Shown here in pieces: positions 41,280 through 52,904 of a DNA stretch of 64,000 nucleotides. Origin of the DNA: Zygnema circumcarinatum SAG 698-1b. Lineage: Eukaryota; Plantae; Zygnematophyceae. Where the stretch lies: assembly GCA_037447605.1 (NCBI GenBank), contig CM074804.1:2604001-2668000 (forward strand). The letters are read 5' to 3'. Made by a program: the position numbers and the translations under genes. Positions within the stretch are counted from its first letter, which is position 1, and every line of letters starts with the position of its first letter. The notes beneath the pieces were generated by a model. That model saw only the letters and a program-made list of their open reading frames with translations, made no database searches and was not told the origin of the DNA.

Positions 41280-41720
41280 TCACCTCAGCTCTCTTCCCCT
41301 CCGTTGCCACTCCCTCCCACTTCCTCCCCAGCTCCTCCCTCTCCGTCCCTCCCCAGCTCCCTCCCTAGCTCCCTCCCTCTCCCTCTCTCCCAGCTCCCTC
41401 CCTTTCCCTCCCTCCTTTGCCCTCCTCCCCACCTCCCTCCCAGCTCCCTCCCCTCCCTCCCTCTCCTCCTCCCTCTCCTCCCTCCCTCTCCCTCCCTCTC
41501 CCTCTCCCTCCCTCTCCTCTCCTCTCCCTCCCTCTCCCTCTCCTCCCCTTCCCTCTCCCTCCCTCCCCCTCCCTCTCCCTCCCCCTCCCTCTCCCTCGAT
41601 CTCCACTCCCTCCCTCTCCTCTCCCTCCCTCTCCTCTCCCTCTCCTCTCCCTCCCTCTCCTCTCCCTCCCTCTCCTCACCCTCCCTCTCCTCTCCCTCCC
41701 TCTCTCCCTCGCCCCTCCCC
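41280..41720. repeat. Polypyrimidine tract upstream of the left tyrosinase copy
   Basis: CTCC/CTCTCC-rich; mirrored at 51870-52310. Confidence 0.9.
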
Positions 41721-42579
41721 GGACACTTGCTCACGACGGACCGTTACACGTTCGTACAATACCGTACATATCATACGGTCCCCGCGCTGTCCTGTCGCCG
41801 CGAGTCCCCACCGCACGCGCCGCTCACCGTCGCGGTCCAATCAGCGCTCGCCACGCCATCAATACCGAACAGGAAACGACAAAGAATAGAGTCAGCGACG
41901 GGGCTCGTGATACGCGGCCAAAGATGGGCCAGTAGGGATGCCACGTGGCAGAGTCATTCTACCAGAAAGCAGAAGCGGCCAAAATACCTATGGGCCGACC
42001 AACCGCGGACCGTTGATGGTTCGCCGTACAAAGGACGCGAGAAACTATTGCTTACTAATCCTTCGGCGCCACGTGTCCCTCCGGCCTGTTTGGCCGCATT
42101 CTGTCGAATGTGACAAAGCGCAAGAATGAGAGGCGAGAGAGAAGCTAAAAATAGAGAGGTTGGGAGAGGGAAAGAAAAAGAGGCGAGGAGAACGATCAGC
42201 AGGAGAAGGAAGGCATTCAGTCAATGACACAAAAAAGAGGGGAGAGTGAACAGGGAATCAGAGATAAGGGATATTCGGAGAGGGTGGAAGTAGAATGTGT
42301 GAGGAGAGGAAAGTGAAGTGGCCTTGAGGAAAAGGAGCGAGGAGGATTCAAATAAGTAATATGCAGCAGAAAAATACGAGATGCCGCGATTGATAAAAAA
42401 TGGAAGCAATCCCTCGAATGGACGTTTTACGGAACCTTAGCGCGGCGGAGAATTAGTCACCAAAACTAAGAAGGACCAATAAGTGCGAGAAAGGGAAAGG
42501 TTAGAGGGGTGATCCGAGGGTATTCACATTACTCAAACCTTCTCCTCCCCTCACGGTGGCGAGGCGGTGCAGTGCGGGG

Positions 42580-42810
42580 ATGGGGCCGAGCCATGGCTGG
42601 CACTTATTCCTGGCGCTGCTTGTGCCGCGCCCGCCGATTGGCGTGCCTTTTCTTGTAGCCGCCCCACATACATCCGCCAGCTTTACTCACCCGGCCAGCT
42701 TACTCTCCATCCCGCAGGCGGAGGTTCTTGAGAGGGGCGCTTACTCACTACGGCAGGTGCTCCTCTTGCGGCTTTCGCGTCCCGATGCGATTAATGATCC
42801 ACAAAGGTCC
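42580..42810 (+). pseudogene. Decayed extra copy of tyrosinase exon 1 and intron 1 start, facing away from the left gene
   Basis: GATGGGGCCGAGCCATGGCTGG...CAGGTGCTCCTCTTGCGGCTTT...GATCCACAAAGGT aligns with 52905-53125. An LTR begins ~65 bp downstream. Confidence 0.7.
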
Positions 42811-42875
42811 AATTTTTATTGACTCTTGATCTTTGAGTAACTACGTTTCACATACGAGGTAGGCTTGATTCATTC

Positions 42876-45800
42876 TGTTGACAATTTGAGCTGGTCCTCC
42901 GCTACTCTCACTCGACATGCTTGCAATATGCGAGATCATCTGACCCTCAGTCTTGGCGCGAAAGCAAATGGTCGATCAAGCGAGCAGAAGGGGAATAAGT
43001 AAGGAGAAGCTCACCGACCTCAAAAACTCCTTAATAAAGAAATGAAGAGAAACAAGCATTTATGTCAAGCCCTCGGGCTTCACAATGCTCGACTAACTCC
43101 CTACTTCCTGGCGCCCATGCGGCCGGGCAGCTACACTTTCGACACGAGCCAAGCTACAGGCTGAATTAAGTTGAACTCTCGGTTGATTAACCACAATCAG
43201 CACCTCTTAAATACTAAGCATTTGCACTACTCCGCGTTCTTGCACGCCGCCCAGCATCTTGGCAGCTCCACACCTGGCGCACCTCCATGTCGGTTGGTGA
43301 TGCTCAGCGTCTCCGAGAGGCTTCGCCTGCGCGCATGGCCCGGAACTCATCCTGAGTGCGCCATGGCCAGAAGGGAGAAGGTCCGTGCAGTTTCCCTCCT
43401 TCCAAAAAGGCACCGACCTTCGAAAGCCGCATCCTTGCTTGTAGCGCTTCTCCAGCTGTGTTGGTGTAACAAACGGCGTACCTCCGGCGAGGTTTGAACT
43501 TCGAGACCTCCGGTATTCACCTAAGTCTTTTACCATTAAAAGGCAACGGATGTAAGTACTACGGCCTTACAACCCATGTATAGCGTTTACGGCGCTACAT
43601 TCCTCCCCACCTAACGGGCACCAAGTCACCGGCGCGTCAAAGTTTTCCGCGGCGGCGTTCAAGCTCTGTCAGTACATGTGTTGGGCGATTCAAACCCCGT
43701 TGGCCAGCCGTACCCATTGCACCGAGATCCGCGGTGTTAGGGTGAATTGCGATACCGATCCTTAGGCTCACGATACCGATACTTGTAAACCCGCGCACCT
43801 CCCGGCGGGGTCCGAACTTCGAGACCTCGGTATTCACCTAAGTCTTTACCATTAAAAGGCAACACAGCGGATGTAAGTACTCGGCCATACGAAAAGCCCG
43901 TATATAGCGTTTGCTTCTGATTAGTGCGTCCGGTACATCCCATAGTCACCGTAAACTCCCGGACATTTAAATGCGGTGATCCCACTAAAGCAATAAGCAA
44001 TACAAAAGTGACCGCATTTATCGCTGCGGCGCCCGCGTCAAACTATACTTATCAATTCTAAGTAGACTCACGGTGGTAGGCTGTAGCCGCCCTCGGCGTG
44101 TCTTCAGAACTTCCGTGTTCCACCAGAAACGGCGCCCTAGCGCCTTGTTGACATGACCAAATCTCCTAAGGACCGCCGACAAAAGGCTAAGGACCTTACA
44201 GCGTACAATTCTAGGCTATACCCTTATTGTACCCAACATTCCCCCTCTCGGTCCTAGCCACCCAACACAACCAAAAGTTCCTACGCCTATGAGGATACTA
44301 TTACGGCAATCCATCTTTCCTTGGTACCATGAGACTCCTGACTCACTACTCAAGGCTACTCCACAATGTATCATCAACCCCTCTTAAACTACAAGCGAGG
44401 GGTTTACATTATTCCGGCAACACCATCATGAGTCGCGGCAATACTGGCGAAGTAAAGGCCGACTGGATTACGTCATCCTCATTGTCCATCCGTCATTGTT
44501 CGCTCCGTCCCCACGAAGTGATCGAAGAATGGAACGACTCGTAAGCGTCCTTGTTCAGCGGAGGCCTCCATGCGGTTGGAGTTCGGTTTCTCCTTCCTCT
44601 GTACGCCCGGCGAAGGTACGTAGTGCGGCGAGCGGCCTCACTAATGACAGCGATTACCCGGGGCGCAGCGAGCAAAAACTTCCCGATCAGCGGTCCGGAT
44701 GTCAAGCACGGCGTGACCGGTGACGCTCCCTCCGAATCGGACTCCACCTTCACATCACTTGGCCGGCCGTTCCTCCCCTCCTTTCTCATCACGGCTGGGT
44801 CAAAGCCGTCGGCAGTCGCCTCAATGGCTCATCTCCACCATCGATTTGAAGTAAGCGAGGCTCTCCACCAAGGATACGCCCGAATACTCGCGCCACAAAT
44901 CCACGCTCAATAGTAATTTGAAATTGGGCCCGCGGCTCAAAGTTCCCTCGAAATCCTTGTCGCCTTTCTCTGTTGTTTTTCTCCTGCGGCTTAGAAGCCT
45001 GCTCCTCTGCAAACTCGTGCTTCACACTCACGTAGCGCCGGACCCCACACACGGCGACATAAGATATGTAATTTCCTTCGGCTACATCAGTCGAAAAAGT
45101 CTTCACCTTTTGCCCGGATTCTAGCTCCCACCACCTCTTGCCGCTACTCAAATGCGGCAAAGGTCTGACTTTGCTCTCGGCGGTATTCGGACCCGAATTT
45201 CCGGAGAACAATCATTGGAAAAGTAATAAGGAATTGTAAGCCTTCTAAATTAGCAAAATTGGGGTACGCAATATCGGTGTGGACCATCTCAAGCCTTTCC
45301 TTGGCTCGGCCACTCCTCTTCACTCCCATGGCGAAGGTACATGAGCTTTCGGCAAGGCAATACGTACAAAACTCTACCTCACGCCTGAGCGCGTTGAAGT
45401 CCACAGGTGTAGGACATCTCCCATGATGATTGTCCTCTTCATCTTCCCTTCGAATCTTAAAGGCTTCACACGTCCTCCTCGGGAATCGTACACCCCCTCT
45501 CGGTTTTTGCGTTAGCATCTTGCGCCACCATCTTTCTTTTATTGCTACGCACCAAAGGTTTTGTCGAGCACGTGCTTTAAAGCACACGCATCAACTAAGG
45601 CATGGCGGCTCAACCTCCACATCTCGGACACCTCCCGCGAACTTCGTCCTTCTCAAAATCACCCGTGCACCCAACTTCATCGCCGAGGTTCATCACCGAT
45701 AGCGCCGCCTCACGACAAAAGCGGCGGCTCTGTGACCCGCTGCTGCCGCACTTGAAGCCCGGATCCCTCGAAAAATGGACCTCTCGGTGATTTCATCGTC

Positions 45801-47200
45801 ACTAGAAGGCTCGTCCGAGCTCTCGGGTCGTCCCTTGTTCTGGTAGCAGTCAGTCGACAAATGCCCAAGCTTGCCGCAAGTAAAACACGTTGGGGTGGGT
45901 CTTGATCATTCCTCCCCTTTTTTCTTGCTTTGGATTAGCAACACGGCCAATACACACTGGCTCTCCTTTTAACAATGAGTGAGCCTCTCTTATGCACTCC
46001 TTTGACTTGCTCCATGGTCATGGGCAAACTGGAAAGATGAGTCCTCAATGACTCCCTTTGTTCCACCTCATATTTGCTTAGCAATCCTACTAGGAGTGGC
46101 AGTGAATCACTTACATAGGTAATGGAATGAAGCTGCTTAGCCACTACACCTACATAAAGTAAAATTTCCAGCATATAATTGGTTAATGTTCTCCCTTTTT
46201 CCATCCTGCAGCACTTATTTTGCCTCTGGGTTTCTGCCAATCACTCCCTCACTTGGCACTCCTTTGCTTTGCTTGAAGACTAGTCCCATCTCGTGACAGA
46301 TCTTAGAGATCTAGCGAAAAGCATGGTAGAGGGGCCGTACTCTTGTCGCCAGCGTGTATCCTGCGGCCTTCTACTTGTTCTTCACTTGCCGCGGGTCAAA
46401 CGCCTTCCGTCACGTAGATCCCCTCGAGTGGGGCGGGAGAAAGTGGTTCCAGGGTGTCCCGTCTCACATTACTTGAAGGGCGCCTTGCTCTCCAAGCGAG
46501 GAATGCACTCCGCACCTCAATATGCGCCAATCTTTCCCTTCGAAACCGGGACCCTATACTTGGGTTCCTCATCGAAAAACGCTCTGATACCACTGTTGAC
46601 AATTTGAGCCTGGTCCCTCCCACTACTCTCACTCTCTGACATGCTTGCAATGTCTGAATCAATACAACCCTCAAGAAGTGCACACCTTTGAAAAACAAAT
46701 GATCAATCAAGCAAACACCAGAAAGAGAATAAGTAAGGAGAAACAGGCCTCAAAACTCCTTAATAAAGAAATGAAGAAGAAACAAGCATTTATGTCAAGC
46801 CCTAGGGCTTCCACCTATGCTCGACTAACTCCCCTACTTCACTGCTTTGCGCCCATACGGCCGGGGCAGCTACACTTCGGCAACACGAGCCAGAAGCTAC
46901 GGCTGAATTAAGTTGAATTTCGGGTTGATTAACTCTAATCAACACCTACTTAAATCTTAAGCGGCACTACTCCGTTCTCACTTGCGCCGCCCTTATCCGC
47001 AGCTCACCGCACGGCGCACCTCCATATCGCTGGTGATGCTCCACGTCTCCGGGGCTCGCACCGCGCAGCGGCTGGGGAACTCATCCACCGGGGTAAGCCC
47101 AGCCCGTGGCCGGGAAGGGGAGAAGTCCATCCACCGGGTTTCCACTCCTTCAAAGGCGCACCACGGCCTTCTCAGCCACCATCCACCCAGCGTGCTTCTA
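42876..47200 (-). mobile_element. Degenerate Ty1/copia LTR retrotransposon (right boundary approximate)
   Basis: Related LTRs starting TGTTGACAATTTGAG at 42876 and 46594. Reverse-complement PBS GCTCTGATACCA at 46581-46592. Gag zinc knuckle CFTCGKLGHLSTDC at 45887-45846, integrase-like RAKERLEMVHTDI at ~45310-45270, RT-like KDLGEYRGLEV at ~43500 and ~43820. Confidence 0.8.
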
Positions 47201-48526
47201 CAAAATAAAATTAAGGGTTAAACAAAAAGGCTAGCTGGCGGCTGCCCCGGGAGGAGTCTTTGTCTGACCACTGGCGTGTCACGTCTTCAGCCTTGACATC
47301 AAGGTTGGGAGGTGAATGTTGTGGGTACTGCGGCTTATAGAGAGCGAGTCCAGGGGGATTGATCTGTGAAGGCGTAAGGGATGCGAGAGAGCGTTCCCCA
47401 CCGGCTGGACTTGATGCGCAAAGAGCCCTTCCTTGGGGGCCCTCACTCCCACATCCTCTCCTGCGGCTAGTCTCTTAGCTAGGCTTCTAGTGATCATTGG
47501 TCATTGGGGAAGCGATGCAAGGCGAGGATAGAGGCAGATAGGGGGCTTGGCATAGTGGCCGGCGAGAGAGGGAAAGCAGGACACAACTTAGATAAAGGTG
47601 GTATTTTGGAAACTCACCCGGCCGGCGGTTGGTAGGAATCGATACAATGGTAAATGTCTTCTCACTTTGAAATCTTTGTCTAAGCTGAAGGGTGAATGGG
47701 ACGTCTAAATCTTTATCGACAAGAAGACTCTTTCTCTATCTCTCTCTCTCTCATCTATGGCATGGAACTCTCTCTCTCTCTCTCTCTCTTACTTAGCATC
47801 ATTCTTTATGTGAAGAGGAAGGAAAAGAAGAAAGAAAGACAAGACAACAAACCACCACGGTAAATACAAATACTAAGCGTACTAAAGACAAAAAGCATCA
47901 GCGGCGTCCCATCTACTTAACGACAATAGATCTTGAGTCTTAGCGGTGGCAGTCTCGATTAGCCAGCTGCCCACTGGGAAGAACTGGCCGACTTCACGTG
48001 GAGCCGCCGGATAGGTCGTGAATGATAATGTCAGCTGGCCTTGGCGGTGTTCCCGAAGTGCGCGCCTTATTTGGATGGTGTCTTGTTCCGTGAGCCACCA
48101 GCGCCTTAGGCGCTCCGCCTTCTCTAAATCGTTGGCGGCTCACAAAAGTTAAGTTGTCCGCGTGGCCGCGGAAGGGCATCGTCAAGTACAGCCCGAGCCG
48201 GGCGCGGATCTTTGAGAACGCCCAGCTCCGTTCGCGCTACATCACGTAGCACATGCTTGGGGAAACAAAGCGCCTGGCGGTATAAGGAAAAGAGACAAAG
48301 AGGCGAGGAGGGACCATGATGGCGTGAATGGAGGGGCAGCCTTGGCGGTCGGCCATGCGGAAAACTTCGGCGTACATTCGGAAATGGGGAGTATCGGCGG
48401 GATCAGAGGTGGAGGAGGGAGTAAGACAAATTCGAAATCGAAGGATTCTACGGCCGAAGCCGAGCAATGTGGGGCCCGAGCGGCAAAGTGGCGAGAATGA
48501 GAAATGGACGATGAGTCGTCATGGCG

Positions 48527-48626
48527 NNNNNNNNNNNNNNNNNNNNNNNNNNNNNNNNNNNNNNNNNNNNNNNNNNNNNNNNNNNNNNNNNNNNNNNNNN
48601 NNNNNNNNNNNNNNNNNNNNNNNNNN
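48527..48626. other. 100-N scaffold gap (10-N gaps also at 31419, 32492, 33628, 37220; single N at 38566)
   Basis: N runs seen directly. Confidence 1.
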
Positions 48627-50099
48627 TTTGGCTCGGGGAATCCTCGCCAAACCGACTCAGCAATTTTAGTGGTTGGGCCCGCTTCATTGTGTCGGTCCCA
48701 GCCGGAGATCCCGAGTTGGGCCATCATTTGATGCGACTCTATTAGGCACGCCAGCCTGGCGTTCTAGCAGATCGACGTTCGATGCCACTTGGCGTCGGCG
48801 GTTCCTCCCGCGATGGTGGCGTTTGCGCCCGGCAGTAGCGGTCTCCTCGATACCCCCTCGCCATGGCGACTCCCCCTTGGTCCATTTCTCATTCCCGCCA
48901 CTTTTGCCGCTTCGCCCACATTGCGCCTGTCGGCCGTAACTTTCGATTTCGAATTTGTCTTACTCCCTCCTCCACCTCCGATCCCGCCGATACTCCCCAT
49001 TTCCGAATGTACGCGGAAGCTTCTCCAGACGGCCGCCGACTCGCCTCGCGCGGCCCCCCGTCCACGTCATCATGGTCTCCTCCCCTGCCCTTTGTCTCTT
49101 CTTCATTGCGCCCGCAGGGGCGTGCGCTTGTTTCCCCCCCCCGGCATGTGCTACAGATGTAGCGTAACGGAGCTGCGTTCGGCGGATCCGCGTCCGTTCA
49201 GTTGTACTTGGCGGCTATGCCTCTTAGGTATGTATCGCGGTGTGAATCCGAGGGCTGCCAAAGCGAGATTGAGAAGCGGCGCCATCGTTCAGCGGCCCAC
49301 GGAGCGACACACCATCAACAAAGGCGCTTTTCGGGAGCACACTAAGGCCGCCGATTATCATTCATTGACCTATCAAAGAAGCTCCACGTAGTAGTCGGGC
49401 CCTCGATTGGAGCGTTGGCGTGAGGCATCCTTGCCCTAAGACTCAAGATCGGTAATGGGTGTTAAGTAGATGGGATGTCGGTGATGCTTTTGTCTTTTAG
49501 TCTTGGGCTTAGTATTTTTATTTCTTTGTGTGGTTTGTTGTCTTACATTCTTCTTTCTTTTCCTTCCTCTTGATTCTGACCTTGAGATCTTTAGTAAGAG
49601 AGAGAGAGAGAGAGTTCATTACGTAGAGAGAGAGAGAAAGAGTCTTCTAGCATTAGCATTTAGGCGTCCCATTCAGCCCGATTAGACAAAGATTTCGGTG
49701 AGAAGACAATTTCATTGTAATGACATTCCCATTAACCCATTTGGGGTGATTTCAAATACCGCTTTTATGGATTGTGTCTGTTTTCCCTCTGCTTTATTAA
49801 GCTATACTGACCCACATCTTTGCTCTATCTGCCTTGCATTGCTCTCGATGACCAATGATCACTAGAAGCCTAGCTAAGAGACTAAGCCCAGGAGAGGGGC
49901 GGGGGAGGAGGAGCCCCCCAGGGAAGGGCTCTTTGCGCATCCAGAATCGGTACGGCCCGGTGAGCGTCTTGAAGTCCACGTCTTCGTACTTGGCGTACCA
50001 CGAATCCGGATCACGGCTGCATCTTTGCCCGGCCGGACCCACGGCCACCACCCCGACCCTCACGTCGGTTTCAGCCGCGGACGCGGTAGCCGTACAGCC

Positions 50100-50725
50100 C
50101 TAACGGCTAGCTGGCCCAGGTCTTTGTTAGCCAAACTATCTTGTATGCTGGCGTGCGTCGCAGCTTCGGAAAGGTCGGTGCGCCTTTGGAAGGAGGAAGC
50201 TATGCGGACCTTCTCCCTTAAACCATGGCGACCACGAGGATGAGTTCCAGCAGCGGTGCGGCGAGCTCACGGAGGCGTGGAGCATCACGGCGACATGGAG
50301 GTCGCGACTGTCTTGATTGGGTATGATTGGCGTAGCGTCTTGATGGGAGCATTAATTAGTCGCGGCCTTGGTATTTAAGTAGGTGTTGATTAGGGTTAAT
50401 CTTTGAGGAGTTCAACTTAATTCAGTAGCTTGGCTGCGTGTTGTTGAGTGTAGTTACTTTGGTACATATGGGCAGGGAAGTAGGGGAGTTAGTCGAGCAT
50501 AGGTGGGAAGCTTTGAGGGCTTGACATAAATGCTTGTTTCTCTTCATGTCTTTATTAAGGAGTTTTGAGGCCGAGGAGCTTTCTCCTTACATATTCACTT
50601 TCGGTGTCTGCTTGATTGGATCATTTGCTTTTCAGTGTGTGCACTTGAGGGTTGTATTGATTCAGACATTGCAAGCATGTCAGAGAGTGAGAGTAGTGGG
50701 AGGGACCAGGCTCAAATTGTCAACC
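50100..50725 (+). mobile_element. Inverted copy of the same copia LTR in the right palindrome arm
   Basis: Reverse complement of the LTR at 46594, with the same outer junction (GGTAGGCTTGA(G)TTCATTC) as the LTR at 42876. Confidence 0.8.
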
Positions 50726-50799
50726 GAATGAACTCAAGCCTACCCCGTATAGAAACAGAAAGCTACTCAGCATCGAAGAGTCAATAAAAATTGAACACC

Positions 50800-51016
50800 T
50801 TTGTGGATCACACTCGCATTGACGCTAAAGCCGCAAGAGGAGCACACCTGCTGTGGGAGTGCGCTCTCAAGAACCTCTGCCTCCGTGGATGGAGAGAAGC
50901 GGTCGGGTGAGTAGGCTTGCGGATGGCAGCGCGCCAAGATGTGCGGCATGCCACCGGCGGCGCGGCGCTAGAAGGAAAGCGAGGAACAAATAAGCTGCCC
51001 ATGGCCTCGTCCCCAT
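50800..51016 (-). pseudogene. Mirror decayed copy of tyrosinase exon 1
   Basis: MGTRPWAAYLFLA... and QQV...GATCCACAAAGGTGTT; mirrors 42580-42810. Confidence 0.65.
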
Positions 51017-51869
51017 CCTGCACCGCACCGCCTCGCCACCAGGAGGAGGAGAAGGTTTGAGCACAGGAATACCCCTTGACTCGTCCTCTAACCTTTCCCT
51101 TTCTGTACTTATTGGTCCTTCTTAGTTTTTGTGACGACCTCTCCGTCAAGTGCTATGTTCCAAACGTCCATTCGAGGATTGCTTCCATTTTTTATCAATC
51201 GCGGCATCTCGTATTTTTCAGACATAGCTTATTTGAATCCTCCCTGTTCCTTTCCCAAGGCCACTACGCTTTCCCCGACTCTCTCCTCATACACTTCCAC
51301 CTCTCCGAATCTCCCTTATCTTCTGACTCTCTGTTCACTCTCCCCTCTTAGCACACACTGAATGCCCTTTCCTCTTTCTCCCGCTGACTGTCCCTCGCCC
51401 TCTCTTCTCTTCCCTCTCCCAACCTCTCTCTATTTTTAAGCTTCTCTCTCGCCTCTCATTCTTGCGCTTTGTCACATTCGACAGAATGCGGCCAAACAGG
51501 CCGGAGGGACACGTGGCGCCGAAGGATTAGTAAGCAATAGTTTCTCGCGTCCTTTGTACGGCGAACCATCAACGGTCCGCGGTTGGTCGGCCCATAGGTA
51601 TTTTGGCCGCTTCTGCTTTCTGGTAGAGTGACTCTGCCACGTGGCATCCCTACTGGCCCATCTTTGGCCGCGTATCACGAGCCCCGTCGCTGACTCTATT
51701 CTTTGTCGTTTCCTGTTCGGTATTGATGGCGTGGCGAGCGCTGATTGGACCGCGACGGTGAGCGGCGCGTGCGGTGGGGACTCGCGGCGACAGGACAGCG
51801 CGGGGACCGTATGATATGTACGGTATTGTACGAACGTGTAACGGTCCGTCGTGAGCAAGTGTCCGGGGA

Positions 51870-52310
51870 GGGGCGAGGGAGAGAGGGAGGGAGAGGAGAG
51901 GGAGGGAGAGGAGAGGGAGGGAGAGGAGAGGGAGGGAGAGGAGAGGGCGGGAGTGGAGGAGAGGGAGGGAGGAGATCGAGGGAGAGGGAGGGGGAGGGAG
52001 AGGAGGGAGGGAGGGAGGAGAGGGAAGGGGAGGGAGAGGGAGAGGGAGGGAGAGGGAGAGGGAGAGGGAGGGAGAGGGAGAGGGAGGGAGAGGGGAGGGA
52101 GGAGAGGGAGGGAGGAGAGGGAGGGAGGGAGGGAGCCAGAGGGAGGTGGGGAGGGAGGGCAAGGGAGGGAGGGAAAGGGAGGGAGCTGGGAGAGAGGGAG
52201 AGGGAGGGAGCTAGGGAGGGAGCTGGGGAGGGACGGAGAGGGAGGGAGCTGGGGAGGAAGTGGGAGGGAGTGGCAACGGAGGGGAAGAGAGCTGAGGTGA
52301 GCGGCAAGGA
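51870..52310. repeat. Polypurine tract upstream of the right tyrosinase copy
   Basis: GGAGAGGGAG-rich; reverse complement of 41280-41720. Confidence 0.9.
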
Positions 52311-52904
52311 TATAGAATTGGAGTCCAGGAAGGGAAGGAAGAGTGATTGGGGAAGGAAAAGTCAGCTGAGAGCGCGGGAGTAGAGAGGAAAAAAGAGAGA
52401 GAGAGAGTAAAGAGGGAGTACGAGAGGAAGCGGTAGACAAAGGTGAAGGAGCGAGTGAAGGGAAGGACTTCAGTGATAGGGAAAATAAGATTACAAGGGC
52501 GGAATGGGAATTATTTGTGGAGAAGTGAGGAATAATCGTCGGTAAGGGGTAGCCGAGAGGAGAGGCGCGGCTCAGGTGACGCAAGAAAAACAACAGGGAG
52601 GATTCAAAGAAGGTATGTCTGAAAAGTGTGGAATAGCACAATCGATGAAGAAATGGAAGGAATCTCCGAAATAGACGTGTGGGTCCACTGCATTGGCGGA
52701 GAGGCCTGACACAAAAACCAAGGGACTAATAAGTACAGAGAGGAAAGGACAGGGAGGCAGAGAACTGTGAAGAGAAGTCGAATAACGGGGACAGGGAGAG
52801 ACTAGGATCTTGAAAGTTCGTGCGAAAGGGTAGAGGAAGTGGTAGACGGTAAAGTACCACTTAATTATGGCTTGCATTCCTGCTCTTTGACGGGTCGGTG
52901 CAGG

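Noticed and set aside
40939-41889. Pro/Ser/Leu-rich extensin-like ORFs (also 51472-52641)
   Set aside because: They are translations of the CT/GA tracts upstream of the tyrosinases.
48240-49391. ORFs near the palindrome axis (e.g. 48789-49391, MITRSLAKRL at 49855) as genes
   Set aside because: No recognisable domain, and frames differ between the two mirror copies.
42500-50900. High divergence between inner palindrome arms and copia LTRs as evidence of age
   Set aside because: Differences are mainly scattered 1-2 nt indels, consistent with unpolished reads near the gap, so they cannot be used for dating.
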